64,000 bases of DNA. Origin: Planctomycetota bacterium (GTDB lineage: Bacteria > Planctomycetota > UBA1135 > UBA2386). Location of the stretch: positions 2,592,001-2,656,000 of the forward strand of contig OZ245838.1 in assembly GCA_965228735.1 (NCBI GenBank), in the 5' to 3' direction. The notes under the pieces are model-generated. The model worked only from the letters and a program-made list of their open reading frames with translations, was not told the origin of the DNA and ran no database searches. Of the stretch, positions 1 to 9,757 are shown in pieces. The position numbers and the translations under genes are program-made. Every line of letters starts with the position of its first letter. Position 1 is the first letter of the stretch.

Positions 1-1553
1 CCGCACGCGGTCATCACCTCGCGGTATCGCCCGGCACCTTCGACGTCGCGTTCGACGAGGAACGCCAGCAGCGCGTACCACAACGCCTGGATCTCGATCG
101 GATACCCGGCGCGCGGCGTGACCGGCCCGGCACTCGTCTGCGCGTCCATCCAGGTCGCGTTGAGGTCCGGACCGCCGGCCGCGAGCAGACCGTTGGTCTC
201 GACGTGCAGGCCGAGGTCGGTGCCGGCGAGATAGGCCTCGGCGATCTGCACGAGGGCCGGCACGTAGTCGCGCTGCAGGAGCTCGTCATCGGCGGTCTCC
301 GCGTCGGCGTAACGCTGCACGGCGAGCGCATACCACAGCGCCGCGTCACAGCTGCCGTAGTCACTCGCCGCGACGGTCGCAGCGTAGATGTTCGGCAGCA
401 GCCCGTGCTGCAGGAACGGCAACGCCTCGCTGAGCACGCGCTCCATGAGATCGACGCGGCCACGCGCCAGCGCGAGTCCGGGCAGCGCGAGGAAGACGTC
501 GCGCCCCCATTCGCCGAACCACGGAAAGCCCGCGAGCACGCCGAGACGGCCGCCCGGCCCCTCGTAGAAGAAGTCGTCGGCCGCGGCCGCGAGCCGCGCC
601 GTCACGCCATTGCCCGGATCCAGATAGCCCGGATCCAGATGGCCCGGATCCAGATAACCCGGATCCGCGGCGGCGGCGTCCGCGGCGGCGGGATCGACGG
701 CACCCGCCAGAGACCCGCTCGCGAACGCGCGCGCCCGCGTCATCCGCACGCCGCCGGCGCGTTCGTCCGCGGTCCACTCGGCGAGCGGATCGGCGCACGG
801 CTCACCGAGCCGGAACGCGACCGTCGCGCTCGCGCCGACCGGGATGTCGAGTTCGAGCTTGCCGGGCGTCCACCGATCGCCGACGTGGTCGTAGCCACGC
901 TCACGATCGATGTCGTACTCGAAGCCGCGATACCAGTCGGGCTGGCTGGTGAACGCCGCGACGCCGGCGGCCGTGAGCCAGAGCGGCGGCAGCGAATCGT
1001 CGGGGCGGAAGCCCCAGCTCGCCCCGCGCGCGTGCACTGTGGCGTCGAACTCGAGCGCCTTCGCCGAGCGCGGCGCGCCGCTCCGAACGAGATGGTTGGC
1101 GTTGCACCATCCGAGCAGCGGCCGCACGACGAGCCGGATCGGTCCGTCGCCGCGGTTGTGCCAGCGCACGAGCAGCGTCGGGCTCGCGTCCCCACGGCTG
1201 CCGCCGCCGTCGAACCCACCGCGCAGGCGGAGCGAGCGCGCGAGCGTGAACGCGCCGTGCCGGAACGTGTAGGTCGGCTCCGGCCAGCGCGCGAACGTCA
1301 CGTCGACCGGCGGGCGCATCGGTTCGACCAAACCGGACCAGCGCGCGTGCAGCAACGAGACCACCTCGCCTCCGACCGCGAGCTGTTCGTCGAACCCGGC
1401 GACGAGGCAGTAGCGCTGCGCCGTCGCGGTCGCGCGGGCGATCCACGCCGCGTGGTACCGCCGCCGCGCCCGGTCGTCGGCCGCCCCGCACGCGTAGCCG
1501 CCCTGACCGTCGGTCAGCAACCACTCGGCGTCGGCGGGCATCGAGAAGGACAT
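1..1553 (-). CDS. Glycogen debranching enzyme / amylo-alpha-1,6-glucosidase (GDE_N + GDE_C), 3' end runs off the window
   Basis: Not in the ORF track because it is open-ended. Read manually from ATG at 1553: MSFSMPADAEWLLTDGQGGYA...RRYH...AGFPWFGEWGRDVFLALPGL...GLLPN...DAALWY...TWMDA...TPRAGYPIEIQALWY, the characteristic motifs of this family. Divergent from glgC. Confidence 0.92.
   Translation of the reverse strand, partial: MSFSMPADAEWLLTDGQGGYACGAADDRARRRYHAAWIARATATAQRYCLVAGFDEQLAVGGEVVSLLHARWSGLVEPMRPPVDVTFARWPEPTYTFRHGAFTLARSLRLRGGFDGGGSRGDASPTLLVRWHNRGDGPIRLVVRPLLGWCNANHLVRSGAPRSAKALEFDATVHARGASWGFRPDDSLPPLWLTAAGVAAFTSQPDWYRGFEYDIDRERGYDHVGDRWTPGKLELDIPVGASATVAFRLGEPCADPLAEWTADERAGGVRMTRARAFASGSLAGAVDPAAADAAAADPGYLDPGHLDPGYLDPGNGVTARLAAAADDFFYEGPGGRLGVLAGFPWFGEWGRDVFLALPGLALARGRVDLMERVLSEALPFLQHGLLPNIYAATVAASDYGSCDAALWYALAVQRYADAETADDELLQRDYVPALVQIAEAYLAGTDLGLHVETNGLLAAGGPDLNATWMDAQTSAGPVTPRAGYPIEIQALWYALLAFLVERDVEGAGRYREVMTAC
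613..665. repeat. In-frame 15-bp tandem repeat (~3.5 copies) encoding DPGYL/DPGHL/DPGYL in the debranching enzyme linker
   Basis: cccggatccagatag / cccggatccagatgg / cccggatccagataa / cccggatc seen directly. Confidence 0.85.
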
Positions 1554-1690
1554 GGCAGAAAGGCGACGGGCGCGAGCCCCGGCAGCGACCAAAGACAGTA
1601 CGGGGCCCCGCCCCGGGATCAACGTTCGGGGAATCGGCGGCTCGGCCTTCATCCGGACGCGGTCAACCTGCATTCTTGACGCACCTCGCC

Positions 1691-2941
1691 ATGGTTCCCC
1701 TCGACCTGCAGAACACCATCACGTTCATCCTCGCCGGGGGCGAAGGCTCACGCCTCAAGCCGCTGACGGAGCAGCGCGCGAAACCCGCGGTGCCGTTCGG
1801 CGGCAGCTACCGGATCATCGATTTCACGCTGAGCAACTGCATCCACTCGGGCCTGCGGCGCATCCACCTGCTGACGCAGTATCAGGCGCGGTCGCTCGAG
1901 GAGCACATCCGCTTCGGCTGGAACTTCCTGCCGCGGCGCCTCGAGCAGTGGATCACGTGCCGGCCGCCGCTGCACGGCTCCGTCAGCAAGTGGTACCGCG
2001 GCACGGCCGACGCGATCTACCACAACATCGACGCGATCGAGGACTGGAGCCCGTCGAACGTGCTCGTGCTGTCGGGTGATCACATCTACCACATGGACTA
2101 CCGCGACATGTTGCGGGAGCACGTGGAGCACAGCGCCGCGCTGACGATCGGTGCGGTGCGGATTCCGGTCGCGGAGGCGCACGCGTTCGGCATCCTGCAG
2201 ATCGCGGCCGACGGTCGCGTCACGGGCTTCGCCGAGAAGCCGAAGGAAAACGCGCCGGAGATCCCGGGCGACCCGGGCTACTGCCTCGCGTCGATGGGCA
2301 TCTACGTCTTCGAGACGGTCGAGCTGATCAAGCGACTCAGAGAAGACCACGAGCTGCCCGAGGGCGAGGGCGGCGACTTCGGTCATCACGTGATCCCGCG
2401 GATGCTCGACGAGGTGCCGATCTACGTGCACTTCTTCCGCGGCCCGGGCGGTGAGGACGACGACAACGTCACGCCCTACTGGCGCGACGTCGGCACCATC
2501 GAGGCGTATTTCGACGCCAACATGGACCTCTGCAACGTCAAGCCGCAGCTCAACCTCTACCGCCAGGACTGGCCGACCTACACGCTGTGGCACAACGACC
2601 CGCCGGCCAAGACGGTGTTCTCCGAAGAAGGGGACGGCCGCCGCGCCGAAGTGCACGACTCGCTGCTCTCACCAGGCGTCGTCGTGTCCGGCGCGAAGGT
2701 CCACCAGTCGCTGCTGAGCAACCGCGTCTACGTCGACGAACACGCCGAGGTCGAGCAGTCGATCGTGATGCGCGGCGCGACGATCGGCAAGCGCTGCCGG
2801 CTGCGCCGCGTCATCGTCGACAAGTGGACGAAGATCCCCGACGGCACCGAGATCGGCTACGACGAGGAAGCCGACCGCGCCCGCTTCACCGTCAGCAGCA
2901 CCGGCATCGTGGTCGTGCCCCACGGCTACCGCTTCGAGTGA
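1691..2941 (+). CDS. glgC: Glucose-1-phosphate adenylyltransferase (ADP-glucose pyrophosphorylase)
   Basis: ILAGGEGSRLKPLT..RAKPAVPFGGSYRIIDF, WYRGTADAIY, LSGDHIYHMDY, FAEKP, ASMGIYVF, YWRDVGT and a C-terminal beta-helix. ATG at 1691 preferred. Confidence 0.97.
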   Translation: MVPLDLQNTITFILAGGEGSRLKPLTEQRAKPAVPFGGSYRIIDFTLSNCIHSGLRRIHLLTQYQARSLEEHIRFGWNFLPRRLEQWITCRPPLHGSVSKWYRGTADAIYHNIDAIEDWSPSNVLVLSGDHIYHMDYRDMLREHVEHSAALTIGAVRIPVAEAHAFGILQIAADGRVTGFAEKPKENAPEIPGDPGYCLASMGIYVFETVELIKRLREDHELPEGEGGDFGHHVIPRMLDEVPIYVHFFRGPGGEDDDNVTPYWRDVGTIEAYFDANMDLCNVKPQLNLYRQDWPTYTLWHNDPPAKTVFSEEGDGRRAEVHDSLLSPGVVVSGAKVHQSLLSNRVYVDEHAEVEQSIVMRGATIGKRCRLRRVIVDKWTKIPDGTEIGYDEEADRARFTVSSTGIVVVPHGYRFE

Positions 2942-2948
2942 AGCATCT

Positions 2949-3056
2949 TTGCCGTACGGTACCTTGCCGTACGGTACCTGGTTCATGCTGCCGGCCGCGA
3001 GGGCGGCTCGCAGGTGGCGTTGCGGCGGCCGGCAGCATGAACCAGGTACCGTACGG
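2949..3056. repeat. REP/MITE-like element: perfect 32-bp inverted repeat (2967-2998 / 3025-3056) plus a 15-bp direct duplication; likely also a bidirectional terminator
   Basis: ccgtacggtacctggttcatgctgccggccgc ... gcggccggcagcatgaaccaggtaccgtacgg lies between convergent genes. ttgccgtacggtacc is duplicated at 2949 and 2964. Confidence 0.8.
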
Positions 3057-3683
3057 TCACTCCTGCTCGATGCCGCGGCTCTGCACTTCGCGTAGGGTGA
3101 ACCACGTGCGGCGCTGGAGCGGCTGCAGGTAGACGTCGACCTCGACGAGCACCTCGACGCCGCCTTCGCGAACGGGCAGCAGCAGCTGCAGGGTCTCGGC
3201 CGCGAGATCGAGCGGCGGGCCGGGGTGGCCGATATCGCTCACGGGTTCGACCTCCGCGCCACCCTCGTCGCCGCCGGTGTCGAACTGGACGTCCTCGAAC
3301 CCGGACGCGGCCCAGAACTCGTCCTCGTCGGCGAGCACGCTGCCGGCCTCTTCGTTCGCTTCGCCCTCGTCGCCCCAGTCGATGGCGTCGACGTCCGGCT
3401 CCGGCGGTGCGACCTCGGCGACGGGTGCCGGGGCGGCCGCGAGCGGCCGGTAGAACGCGCGCACCTCGTCGATCGGCGCCTTCGTCCAGAACGTCCACGT
3501 GCGGCCCTGGAAGCGTTCGTAGCCGCGGTCGACCTCGAGCCGGTAGCTCACGTTCACCATGGAGTCGAGCGTCGCGGGCAGAAAGACCGGGATGTCCGAC
3601 CGCTCGGCGCCCTCGAGCCCAACCGGCTCCTCGCCGCCGCCGCACGCCGCGAACGCCACCGCAACGGTGAGGATGGAGACCAT
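3057..3683 (-). CDS. Hypothetical lipoprotein with an acidic low-complexity insert
   Basis: Signal peptide with lipobox AFAAC; D/E-rich middle; fills the gap between glgC and the sulfatase. Confidence 0.7.
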   Translation of the reverse strand: MVSILTVAVAFAACGGGEEPVGLEGAERSDIPVFLPATLDSMVNVSYRLEVDRGYERFQGRTWTFWTKAPIDEVRAFYRPLAAAPAPVAEVAPPEPDVDAIDWGDEGEANEEAGSVLADEDEFWAASGFEDVQFDTGGDEGGAEVEPVSDIGHPGPPLDLAAETLQLLLPVREGGVEVLVEVDVYLQPLQRRTWFTLREVQSRGIEQE

Positions 3684-3850
3684 GCGGACGACGACTCGAC
3701 GGATCACATCGGAATTATCGGCAGCGGCCCGGGGCGCCGTTGAGCCGGTCCCGGAATCGGTCCCGCTGGCCTCGAACCCCCGCCGTCATGGGCAGGGCGC
3801 CGCGCCTGGCCGATGGCACCCGCCCACCCGATCTGGCACCCTGGCGGGCG

Positions 3851-5356
3851 ATGCGCTGGCACCCCGCCGTCCCGATCCTCGCCAATCGGCTGCTCGCACT
3901 GCTCGTTCTCGCCCTGCTGGCCGGCTGCGCGACCGCGCCGCCCCGCGCGGAACGACCGAACATCCTGTTCCTCTATGCCGACGACCTGCGGCGCGACGCC
4001 GTGGGTGCGTTCGGCGGCGAGAACGTGATGACCCCGGCCATCGACGCGCTCGCGGAGCGCGGCACCGCACTCACCGACGTCTACTGCATGGGCTCGCGCC
4101 ACGGTGCGGTCTGCATCCCGTCGCGCGCGATGGTGCTGTCGGGCCGCGTGCTCACGCGCGCGCCCGACGACATGGCGGGCCTCGTGACGCTGCCCGAGCT
4201 GCTGCGCGACCAGGGCTACACGACGTTCATGACGGGGAAGTGGCACAACGGCGACGCGGCGCTGCGGCGTGCGTTCCCGAACGGGCGCGCGATCCTGCGC
4301 GGCGGCATGGCGAACCACTTCGCGATCGACCTCTGCGACGTCGAGGGCGGCGTCGTCAAGAACCAGGGCGTGCGCCCGGGTCACGCGACCGACCTGTTCG
4401 CCGACGCCGCGATCGACTTCCTCGCGAGCGACGCCGCCCAGGCCAGGCCGTTCCTGGCCTACGTTGCGTTCACTGCGCCGCACGATCCGCGCGACCCGCC
4501 CAAACAATGGCTCGACCGCCTGGCTCGCGATCTGCCACCGCCGGACCTGCCGCCGAACTTCCGCGGCCAGCACGGCCTCGACCTCGGCAAGCCGACGATG
4601 ACGGTGCGGGACGAGAACCTCATGGGCTGGCCGCGCGACGAACATCCGCTGCGCGATCAGCTCGCGGAGTACCGCGCGTTGATCGCGCATCTCGACCAGC
4701 GCATCGGCGACATCCTCGTCACGCTCGATCGCCACGGCCTGCGCGACAACACGCTGGTCGTGTTCGCGGCCGACCACGGCCTCGCGATGGGCAGCCACGG
4801 CCTGCTCGGCAAGCAGAGCGTATACGAACACTCGATGGCGTCCCCGGTCGTGCTCGCCGGCCCGGGCGTCCCCGCCGGCGCGCGCCGCGCGGGGCTGACG
4901 TATCTGCTCGACCTCATGCCGACGATGCTGGCGGCGGCCGGCGCGGCCGCGCCCGCCGAGATCGAAGGGCGCGATCTGTGGCCGTTGATCGAAGGTCATG
5001 GCCCCGGCCGCGAAGCGCTCCTGCTGGCCTACGCGACGACGCAACGCGCCGTGCGCGTCGGCGACCACAAGCTGATCCGGTTCCCGCAGATCGACCGCAC
5101 GCTGCTGTTCGACATCGGGCGCGACCCGCACGAGATGAACGACCTCGCCGACTCCCCGGAGCACGCCCCCTTGCGCCAGGCACTCGAAGCGCGACTCCGC
5201 GCGGAGCAGCAGAACGTCGACGACGACCTGCCGTGGACCGCCGCGGAGGTGCAGCCCGCGACGATCGACCTCTCGGGCAAGCGCTTTCGCCCGGACCGCT
5301 GGCAGCCACGCTGGATCGTCGAGAAGTACTGGCCCGAAGAACTCTGGCGCCGCTAG
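3851..5356 (+). CDS. Sulfatase (Cys-type, choline-sulfatase-like), predicted lipoprotein
   Basis: RPNILFLYADD, CIPSRAMVLSG (CxPxR), GKWH, APHDP, DHG, K..YEHS; lipobox LLAGC. ATG at 3851 preferred. Confidence 0.93.
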   Translation: MRWHPAVPILANRLLALLVLALLAGCATAPPRAERPNILFLYADDLRRDAVGAFGGENVMTPAIDALAERGTALTDVYCMGSRHGAVCIPSRAMVLSGRVLTRAPDDMAGLVTLPELLRDQGYTTFMTGKWHNGDAALRRAFPNGRAILRGGMANHFAIDLCDVEGGVVKNQGVRPGHATDLFADAAIDFLASDAAQARPFLAYVAFTAPHDPRDPPKQWLDRLARDLPPPDLPPNFRGQHGLDLGKPTMTVRDENLMGWPRDEHPLRDQLAEYRALIAHLDQRIGDILVTLDRHGLRDNTLVVFAADHGLAMGSHGLLGKQSVYEHSMASPVVLAGPGVPAGARRAGLTYLLDLMPTMLAAAGAAAPAEIEGRDLWPLIEGHGPGREALLLAYATTQRAVRVGDHKLIRFPQIDRTLLFDIGRDPHEMNDLADSPEHAPLRQALEARLRAEQQNVDDDLPWTAAEVQPATIDLSGKRFRPDRWQPRWIVEKYWPEELWRR

Positions 5357-5404
5357 CCAGGCCACGGCACGGCTACTGCCCGGGCCACTCCGCTGCGAGC
5401 GAAC

Positions 5405-6163
5405 TCAGTCCGAACCGGCTTCGGCCTTCTGCGGCAGCAGCTCACCGAGGAACTGCGGCAGCATCTTGCGCCACGTCACCCAGTCGTGACGCCACTCCTT
5501 GCCCCACGCGTCGACACGGTTGGGGATGCCCTTCGGACCGAGCACGCGTTCGACCTTCCAACTCTGCTCGGGCTCCTCGTAGTCGCCCTGGCCGTGCGCC
5601 AACAGGATGAAGCGTTCCTTGAGCAGCTGGAGGTGCTTGCCCTCGAGATCACCGACGAAGTCGAGCGGCGAGCTCGCGTAGTAGTCGCGCGTCTTCTGCC
5701 CGGGCAGGAACTTGTCCATGTTGTAGGTCCCGCTCATGCAGATCGCGGTGCCGAACACGTCCGGGTGGCGACACGTGAGCGCGAGCGCGTTGAACGCGCC
5801 GATCGACGCGCCCGCGGTCCAGATGAGACCGGCGTCGCCGCCGCAATCGCGATGGATCGCCGGCGCGACCTCGCGGTAGAGACACTCGTCGAAGCGGTTC
5901 TGCGCGCGCGCCGCATCCGCGAGCGTCTCGCACTCCTTGACCCAGGCCTGCCCCGCGACCGAGTCGACGCAGTAGACCTTGAGGCGCAGGTCCTTGATGA
6001 AGTCGCCGACCGCGTCGATCAGGTGGAAGCGCTCCGGCTCCTCCGCGTCGCCGCCGGCCGTCGGGAACAGCAGGAGCGGCGTCCCCTCGATGCCGTACCG
6101 CGCGAACGTGATCTCGCGGCCGCCGAGGGCCGGGGACCGCCAGGTGATCTTGTGCTTGCTCAC
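5405..6163 (-). CDS. Alpha/beta-hydrolase (putative esterase)
   Basis: GTG start overlaps the ATP-grasp stop. YG..GTPLLLFPTAGGD, nucleophile elbow GASIGA, C-terminal HDW. Confidence 0.88.
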   Translation of the reverse strand: MSKHKITWRSPALGGREITFARYGIEGTPLLLFPTAGGDAEEPERFHLIDAVGDFIKDLRLKVYCVDSVAGQAWVKECETLADAARAQNRFDECLYREVAPAIHRDCGGDAGLIWTAGASIGAFNALALTCRHPDVFGTAICMSGTYNMDKFLPGQKTRDYYASSPLDFVGDLEGKHLQLLKERFILLAHGQGDYEEPEQSWKVERVLGPKGIPNRVDAWGKEWRHDWVTWRKMLPQFLGELLPQKAEAGSD

Positions 6164-7404
6164 GACTGCGTCTTCTCCATGTCGTCGACCGACTGCCGCA
6201 CCAACCCGACGAACTTGTCGGTGAACTCGTCGACCTCGTGCTCGGGGAACAGGTGGGCGACCTTCTTGCGCGCGGCCTCGACCAGTCGGTCGCTGCGATA
6301 CCACGCGTTGGCGGCCTCTTCGAGCGGCCCCAGGTGCTTCTCGGAGAACTCCTCGAACTCGTCGGCCTGCAGCCGCTTCCTCGCGATCGCCCCGTAGCGC
6401 TCGAGTTTGTCCTCGTACGACCCCTTCTCCGCCGCGATCTTGTAGTAGGGCGCGAAATCGAGGTTCTTCGGCATCTTGCGCCGCTTGGCCGCGCAGAACA
6501 CCGCCCACTTGAGGTTGGCCGTGAGATACCACGGCCAGTGGTAGTGGATCGAGTTGATCTGGCTGTCCGGGCACGGGTTGGCGAAGTCGATCGGGTAGAA
6601 CGTGCCGTCCTTGCGCAGCGCCTCGCAGCTGTTGAAGTCCCAGCCGAAGAACGTGTTGATCGTCAGGCAGGTGTCGATCAGTGTCTGCTGGTCCGCCGCG
6701 CTGCAGAAGTCGCGCTCGATCGTGTAGCGCTCGTGCAGCGGCTGCTCCGGGTCGTACTTGATGAGCCGCACCTGCGGGCCGATGCCGATCGCGCGCACGA
6801 ACAGATCCGAGCCGTCGACGGCCCGCTGCACGTGCATCAGGTACTTGTCGCTGTCCTCGTAGTTCTGCTGCAGGCCGTCCTCGTCGTCGGCCTTGCTGAC
6901 CCCCTTCCAGCCGCCGCCGTCGTACGGCTTCATGAACGACGGGAAACCGAGGTCACGACCGATCGACTTGACGTCGAACATGTCGGCGTAGGCCGACAGC
7001 GTGTAGTCGAGATCGTCGGCCCCGTCGTAGTTCTTCTGCGGCAGCATGACCGTGGGCGGCACCGGCATGCCGAGCGCGATCATCGCGCAGTACGAGCTGT
7101 GCTTGGTGTAGCTCTGGACCGACCACGGGTTGTTGTAGACGTAGAGCCCGTCCATCAGGATCGCCTTCTTGATCCACTCGCGCTGCAGCGTGAGCCAGTG
7201 CGTGAGGCGATCGACGACGACGTCGTACTTGCAGCCCTTCGTGAGCTCGAACGGCTTGATGCGGACGCGTTCGCACGCGAAATCGACGATCTCGCGCCCG
7301 AGCGGCAGCTCGAGTTTGGCCGCGGCGAGGATCTCCTCGAACGCGATCGGCCAGCAGATGTCGGCCCCGAGGGAAAGGCCGATGTGACGGGTGGCGTTGG
7401 GCAT
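6160..7404 (-). CDS. ATP-grasp fold ligase (RimK/GshB-like, uncharacterised subfamily)
   Basis: VVVDRLTHW, YNNPW, GMPVPPT, FMKPYDGGGWKGV, FNSCEAL..DG..YPIDFANPCPD. Confidence 0.88.
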   Translation of the reverse strand: MPNATRHIGLSLGADICWPIAFEEILAAAKLELPLGREIVDFACERVRIKPFELTKGCKYDVVVDRLTHWLTLQREWIKKAILMDGLYVYNNPWSVQSYTKHSSYCAMIALGMPVPPTVMLPQKNYDGADDLDYTLSAYADMFDVKSIGRDLGFPSFMKPYDGGGWKGVSKADDEDGLQQNYEDSDKYLMHVQRAVDGSDLFVRAIGIGPQVRLIKYDPEQPLHERYTIERDFCSAADQQTLIDTCLTINTFFGWDFNSCEALRKDGTFYPIDFANPCPDSQINSIHYHWPWYLTANLKWAVFCAAKRRKMPKNLDFAPYYKIAAEKGSYEDKLERYGAIARKRLQADEFEEFSEKHLGPLEEAANAWYRSDRLVEAARKKVAHLFPEHEVDEFTDKFVGLVRQSVDDMEKTQS

Positions 7405-7443
7405 GGGCGAGCGGCGTAGCTTAGTGGGACGTCGGCTCCAAAC

Positions 7444-8580
7444 CTACTCGTAGACGAGCCAGAGCGGCCCGGGGAACAGGAACGACAGCCCCTCGCGTAG
7501 CTGGTCGCGCCAGTTCTCCCAGTTGTGGCCGTCGTTGGCCTCGGTGAGGCGGACCTGCATCCCGGTCTCGGTCAGGAGCGGCAGCAGCGAGCGGTTGTAG
7601 TAGATCAGCGACTCGTAGACGCCGCAGCTCATGAACACCTGGTCCGCGGGCCGACCGGGGTCGTCGCGGAAGCGGTTGACGAACTCCACGACGGGATCGA
7701 ACACGGGGCCGCGGTCGTGCTCGCCGATGTCGGTGAACACGAACGAACCGGACTGCAGCAGCAGCTTGCCGAAGAAGCCGGGATGACGCCAAGCGGTCGA
7801 CAGCGACGCGACCGCGCCGAAGCTCGCGCCCGCGAGCGCGCGCGCCGCCGGATCACGGACGAGCGGCAGCAGCTCCTCCATCGCGGGCACGAGGTCCTGC
7901 ACGATGAAGTCGCCGTGCCTCGGATCGGCGGCGTACTCGTTCATCCGATCCTCGGATTGGGTCATCACGGCTACGAGCGGCGGGATCTCGAGCCGATGGA
8001 TCAGGTTGTCGAGCACGTGCTGCAGGTTGGCGAACGACAGGTAGTCGAAGCCGTCGTGCACGACGAGCAGCGGATAGCGCCGAGTCTCGCGGAATCGCGC
8101 CGGGCGGTAGATCTTGATCTCGCGCCAGTCAGAGAAGACCTTGCTCTCGACGTGGCGGTCCTCCACCGTTCCGGGCCGCGCCTCGTCGTCGGGCATCGAC
8201 CAGTCGGGCGGCTCGTAGCCTTCGCCGTAGACGACCGAGTTGGCGCCGAACGGATCACGCGCGAGGTGCGTGTTGAGCGGATCGCGGATCAGCCGGCCGC
8301 GGCCGCGCACCGCGACGCCGAGCTTGTACTCCATGCGCGAACCGCGCGGCAGGTCGATCTGCAGCACCCAGAGGTCACTGCGCTCGATGCGGCGGAACGG
8401 CATCGAACCCGGCAGACCGTGGATCCAGTGGTGCAGCGTGACCTCGTCGGCGCGCCCCTGGAACAGGAACGTCACCTGACGCCCCTGCACGCACGGGAAC
8501 TCGGTCTCGGCGAGCAGCGCCTCGACCGCGACCTTGCCCGTTGCCACGGCGCGTTCGATGTCGGCCAGCACGACGCTCAT
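7444..8580 (-). CDS. Esterase (enterochelin-esterase-like) with an N-terminal CBM48/E-set-like domain
   Basis: N-terminal VTFLF..ADEVTL...LWVLQIDLP..SRMEYK...RDPLN; YPLLVVHDG; GASFGA; GHNWENW. ATG at 8580 overlaps the upstream stop. Confidence 0.88.
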   Translation of the reverse strand: MSVVLADIERAVATGKVAVEALLAETEFPCVQGRQVTFLFQGRADEVTLHHWIHGLPGSMPFRRIERSDLWVLQIDLPRGSRMEYKLGVAVRGRGRLIRDPLNTHLARDPFGANSVVYGEGYEPPDWSMPDDEARPGTVEDRHVESKVFSDWREIKIYRPARFRETRRYPLLVVHDGFDYLSFANLQHVLDNLIHRLEIPPLVAVMTQSEDRMNEYAADPRHGDFIVQDLVPAMEELLPLVRDPAARALAGASFGAVASLSTAWRHPGFFGKLLLQSGSFVFTDIGEHDRGPVFDPVVEFVNRFRDDPGRPADQVFMSCGVYESLIYYNRSLLPLLTETGMQVRLTEANDGHNWENWRDQLREGLSFLFPGPLWLVYE

Positions 8581-9515
8581 GCCTTCACCTCGATCGTCGT
8601 GCCCGTCGGTGACAAGACCAGCGAGTCGGCCGCTGCCGCCCAGGCCTTGCCGTCCCAATTGAAGCGCGAACCGCCGACGAGCAGCGCCGCGAGCGCGGGT
8701 GCGAAGCGGCGCGCGAGCACCTCCATGCTGCGTTCGTCGTCGAGCTGCAGCCGATGACGCGCATGCGGCAGCGCGACGAAGCCGGGGAGGCAACCGAAGC
8801 CGCGCTCCATGACCTCGGGGTAGTTGCTGCCCTGCGGCGGCGCGTCATGAAACAGCACGATCCGTTCCGTCAGCACCATCGCGCCGGCCGACCACGCGAT
8901 CACGGGCCGATCGCCCCACAGCCCCATCACGTCGAACAGCCGCATCCGATGCAGCAGCACCGCGACGTGACCGCCGGCGACGAGCAGGCAGGACGCGTCG
9001 CGCAGGATCGCGTCGAGCTCGCGACGGTGCTTCACGACGGCGTCACGTTCGCCGGGCTTGATGCGCGACTCGAACTCCTCGTGCACGGCGGCGACGCGCG
9101 TCTCGTGCCCGCGGTCGAGCGTGCGGACGAGCTCCAGCGCCGCCTGCCGCTCGGGCTCGAGCAGATCGGGATCGTCCTCGCGCCGATGCAGTTCGCAGAG
9201 CGGGTCCATCAGCCCTTCGAGGCGCATGCGATACAGCGCCTGCATCTTGCGCAAGCGCGCGTGCCGTTCGCGAATCGCGGTCAAGAGCTCCGGATCGGCG
9301 GCGAAGATGCGCTCGACCCGACTCCAGATCGCGAGGTTTTGCACGGGCCGCCCGACGTGATCGCAGAGCTCGTCGTCCTCGGCCTCGCGTTCTTCCCAAC
9401 CCGCAGTGATGGCGACGACGGCGCCGCTTTTCTGGTCGGGTACGAGCGCGTCGACCGCGTCACAGACGGTCTTCACCCGGCGCTGGGGTCCGAGAACGAT
9501 GGCGGTGCTGAGCAT
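8577..9515 (-). CDS. Peptidase S51 / cyanophycinase-like class I glutamine-amidotransferase-fold protein
   Basis: VAITAGW, LLVAGGHV..L, Ser nucleophile in IAWSAGAM, ALPHAR.R. ATG at 9515. Confidence 0.8.
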   Translation of the reverse strand: MLSTAIVLGPQRRVKTVCDAVDALVPDQKSGAVVAITAGWEEREAEDDELCDHVGRPVQNLAIWSRVERIFAADPELLTAIRERHARLRKMQALYRMRLEGLMDPLCELHRREDDPDLLEPERQAALELVRTLDRGHETRVAAVHEEFESRIKPGERDAVVKHRRELDAILRDASCLLVAGGHVAVLLHRMRLFDVMGLWGDRPVIAWSAGAMVLTERIVLFHDAPPQGSNYPEVMERGFGCLPGFVALPHARHRLQLDDERSMEVLARRFAPALAALLVGGSRFNWDGKAWAAAADSLVLSPTGTTIEVKA

Positions 9516-9757
9516 TTTGGGGGCGAATCTCGTATCCGAGGGCCCGGCCAGAAGGAAGGGTCGCGTTACGCGGTTCGGGCCAAGGGCCGGATCCCGGCAC
9601 GAGACCGACCGCCCCGACGCTGCTCGGGCTCGAAGCATTCACCCAGGGCGCTGCGGTCAATCCGCCGAACAGCACGTTCTCGGGGTCACGCTGACGCGCG
9701 GACTCCGCGTCACCATCGGCCGCTGAGCGTCGATCGCGGCCGGAGCGCCGGTGCGCT

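Noticed and set aside
204..1679. 491-aa plus-strand ORF and the many other long Arg/Ala/Pro-rich overlapping ORFs in the track (e.g. 11181-14105, 43571-46006, 56270-58714)
   Set aside because: Shadow ORFs antisense or off-frame to motif-bearing genes, as expected in high-GC DNA.
9692..9712. Palindrome TGACGCG-N7-CGCGTCA as an operator in the divergent region upstream of the ATP-grasp operon
   Set aside because: Single occurrence, GC-rich, and no regulator nearby; cannot be distinguished from chance.
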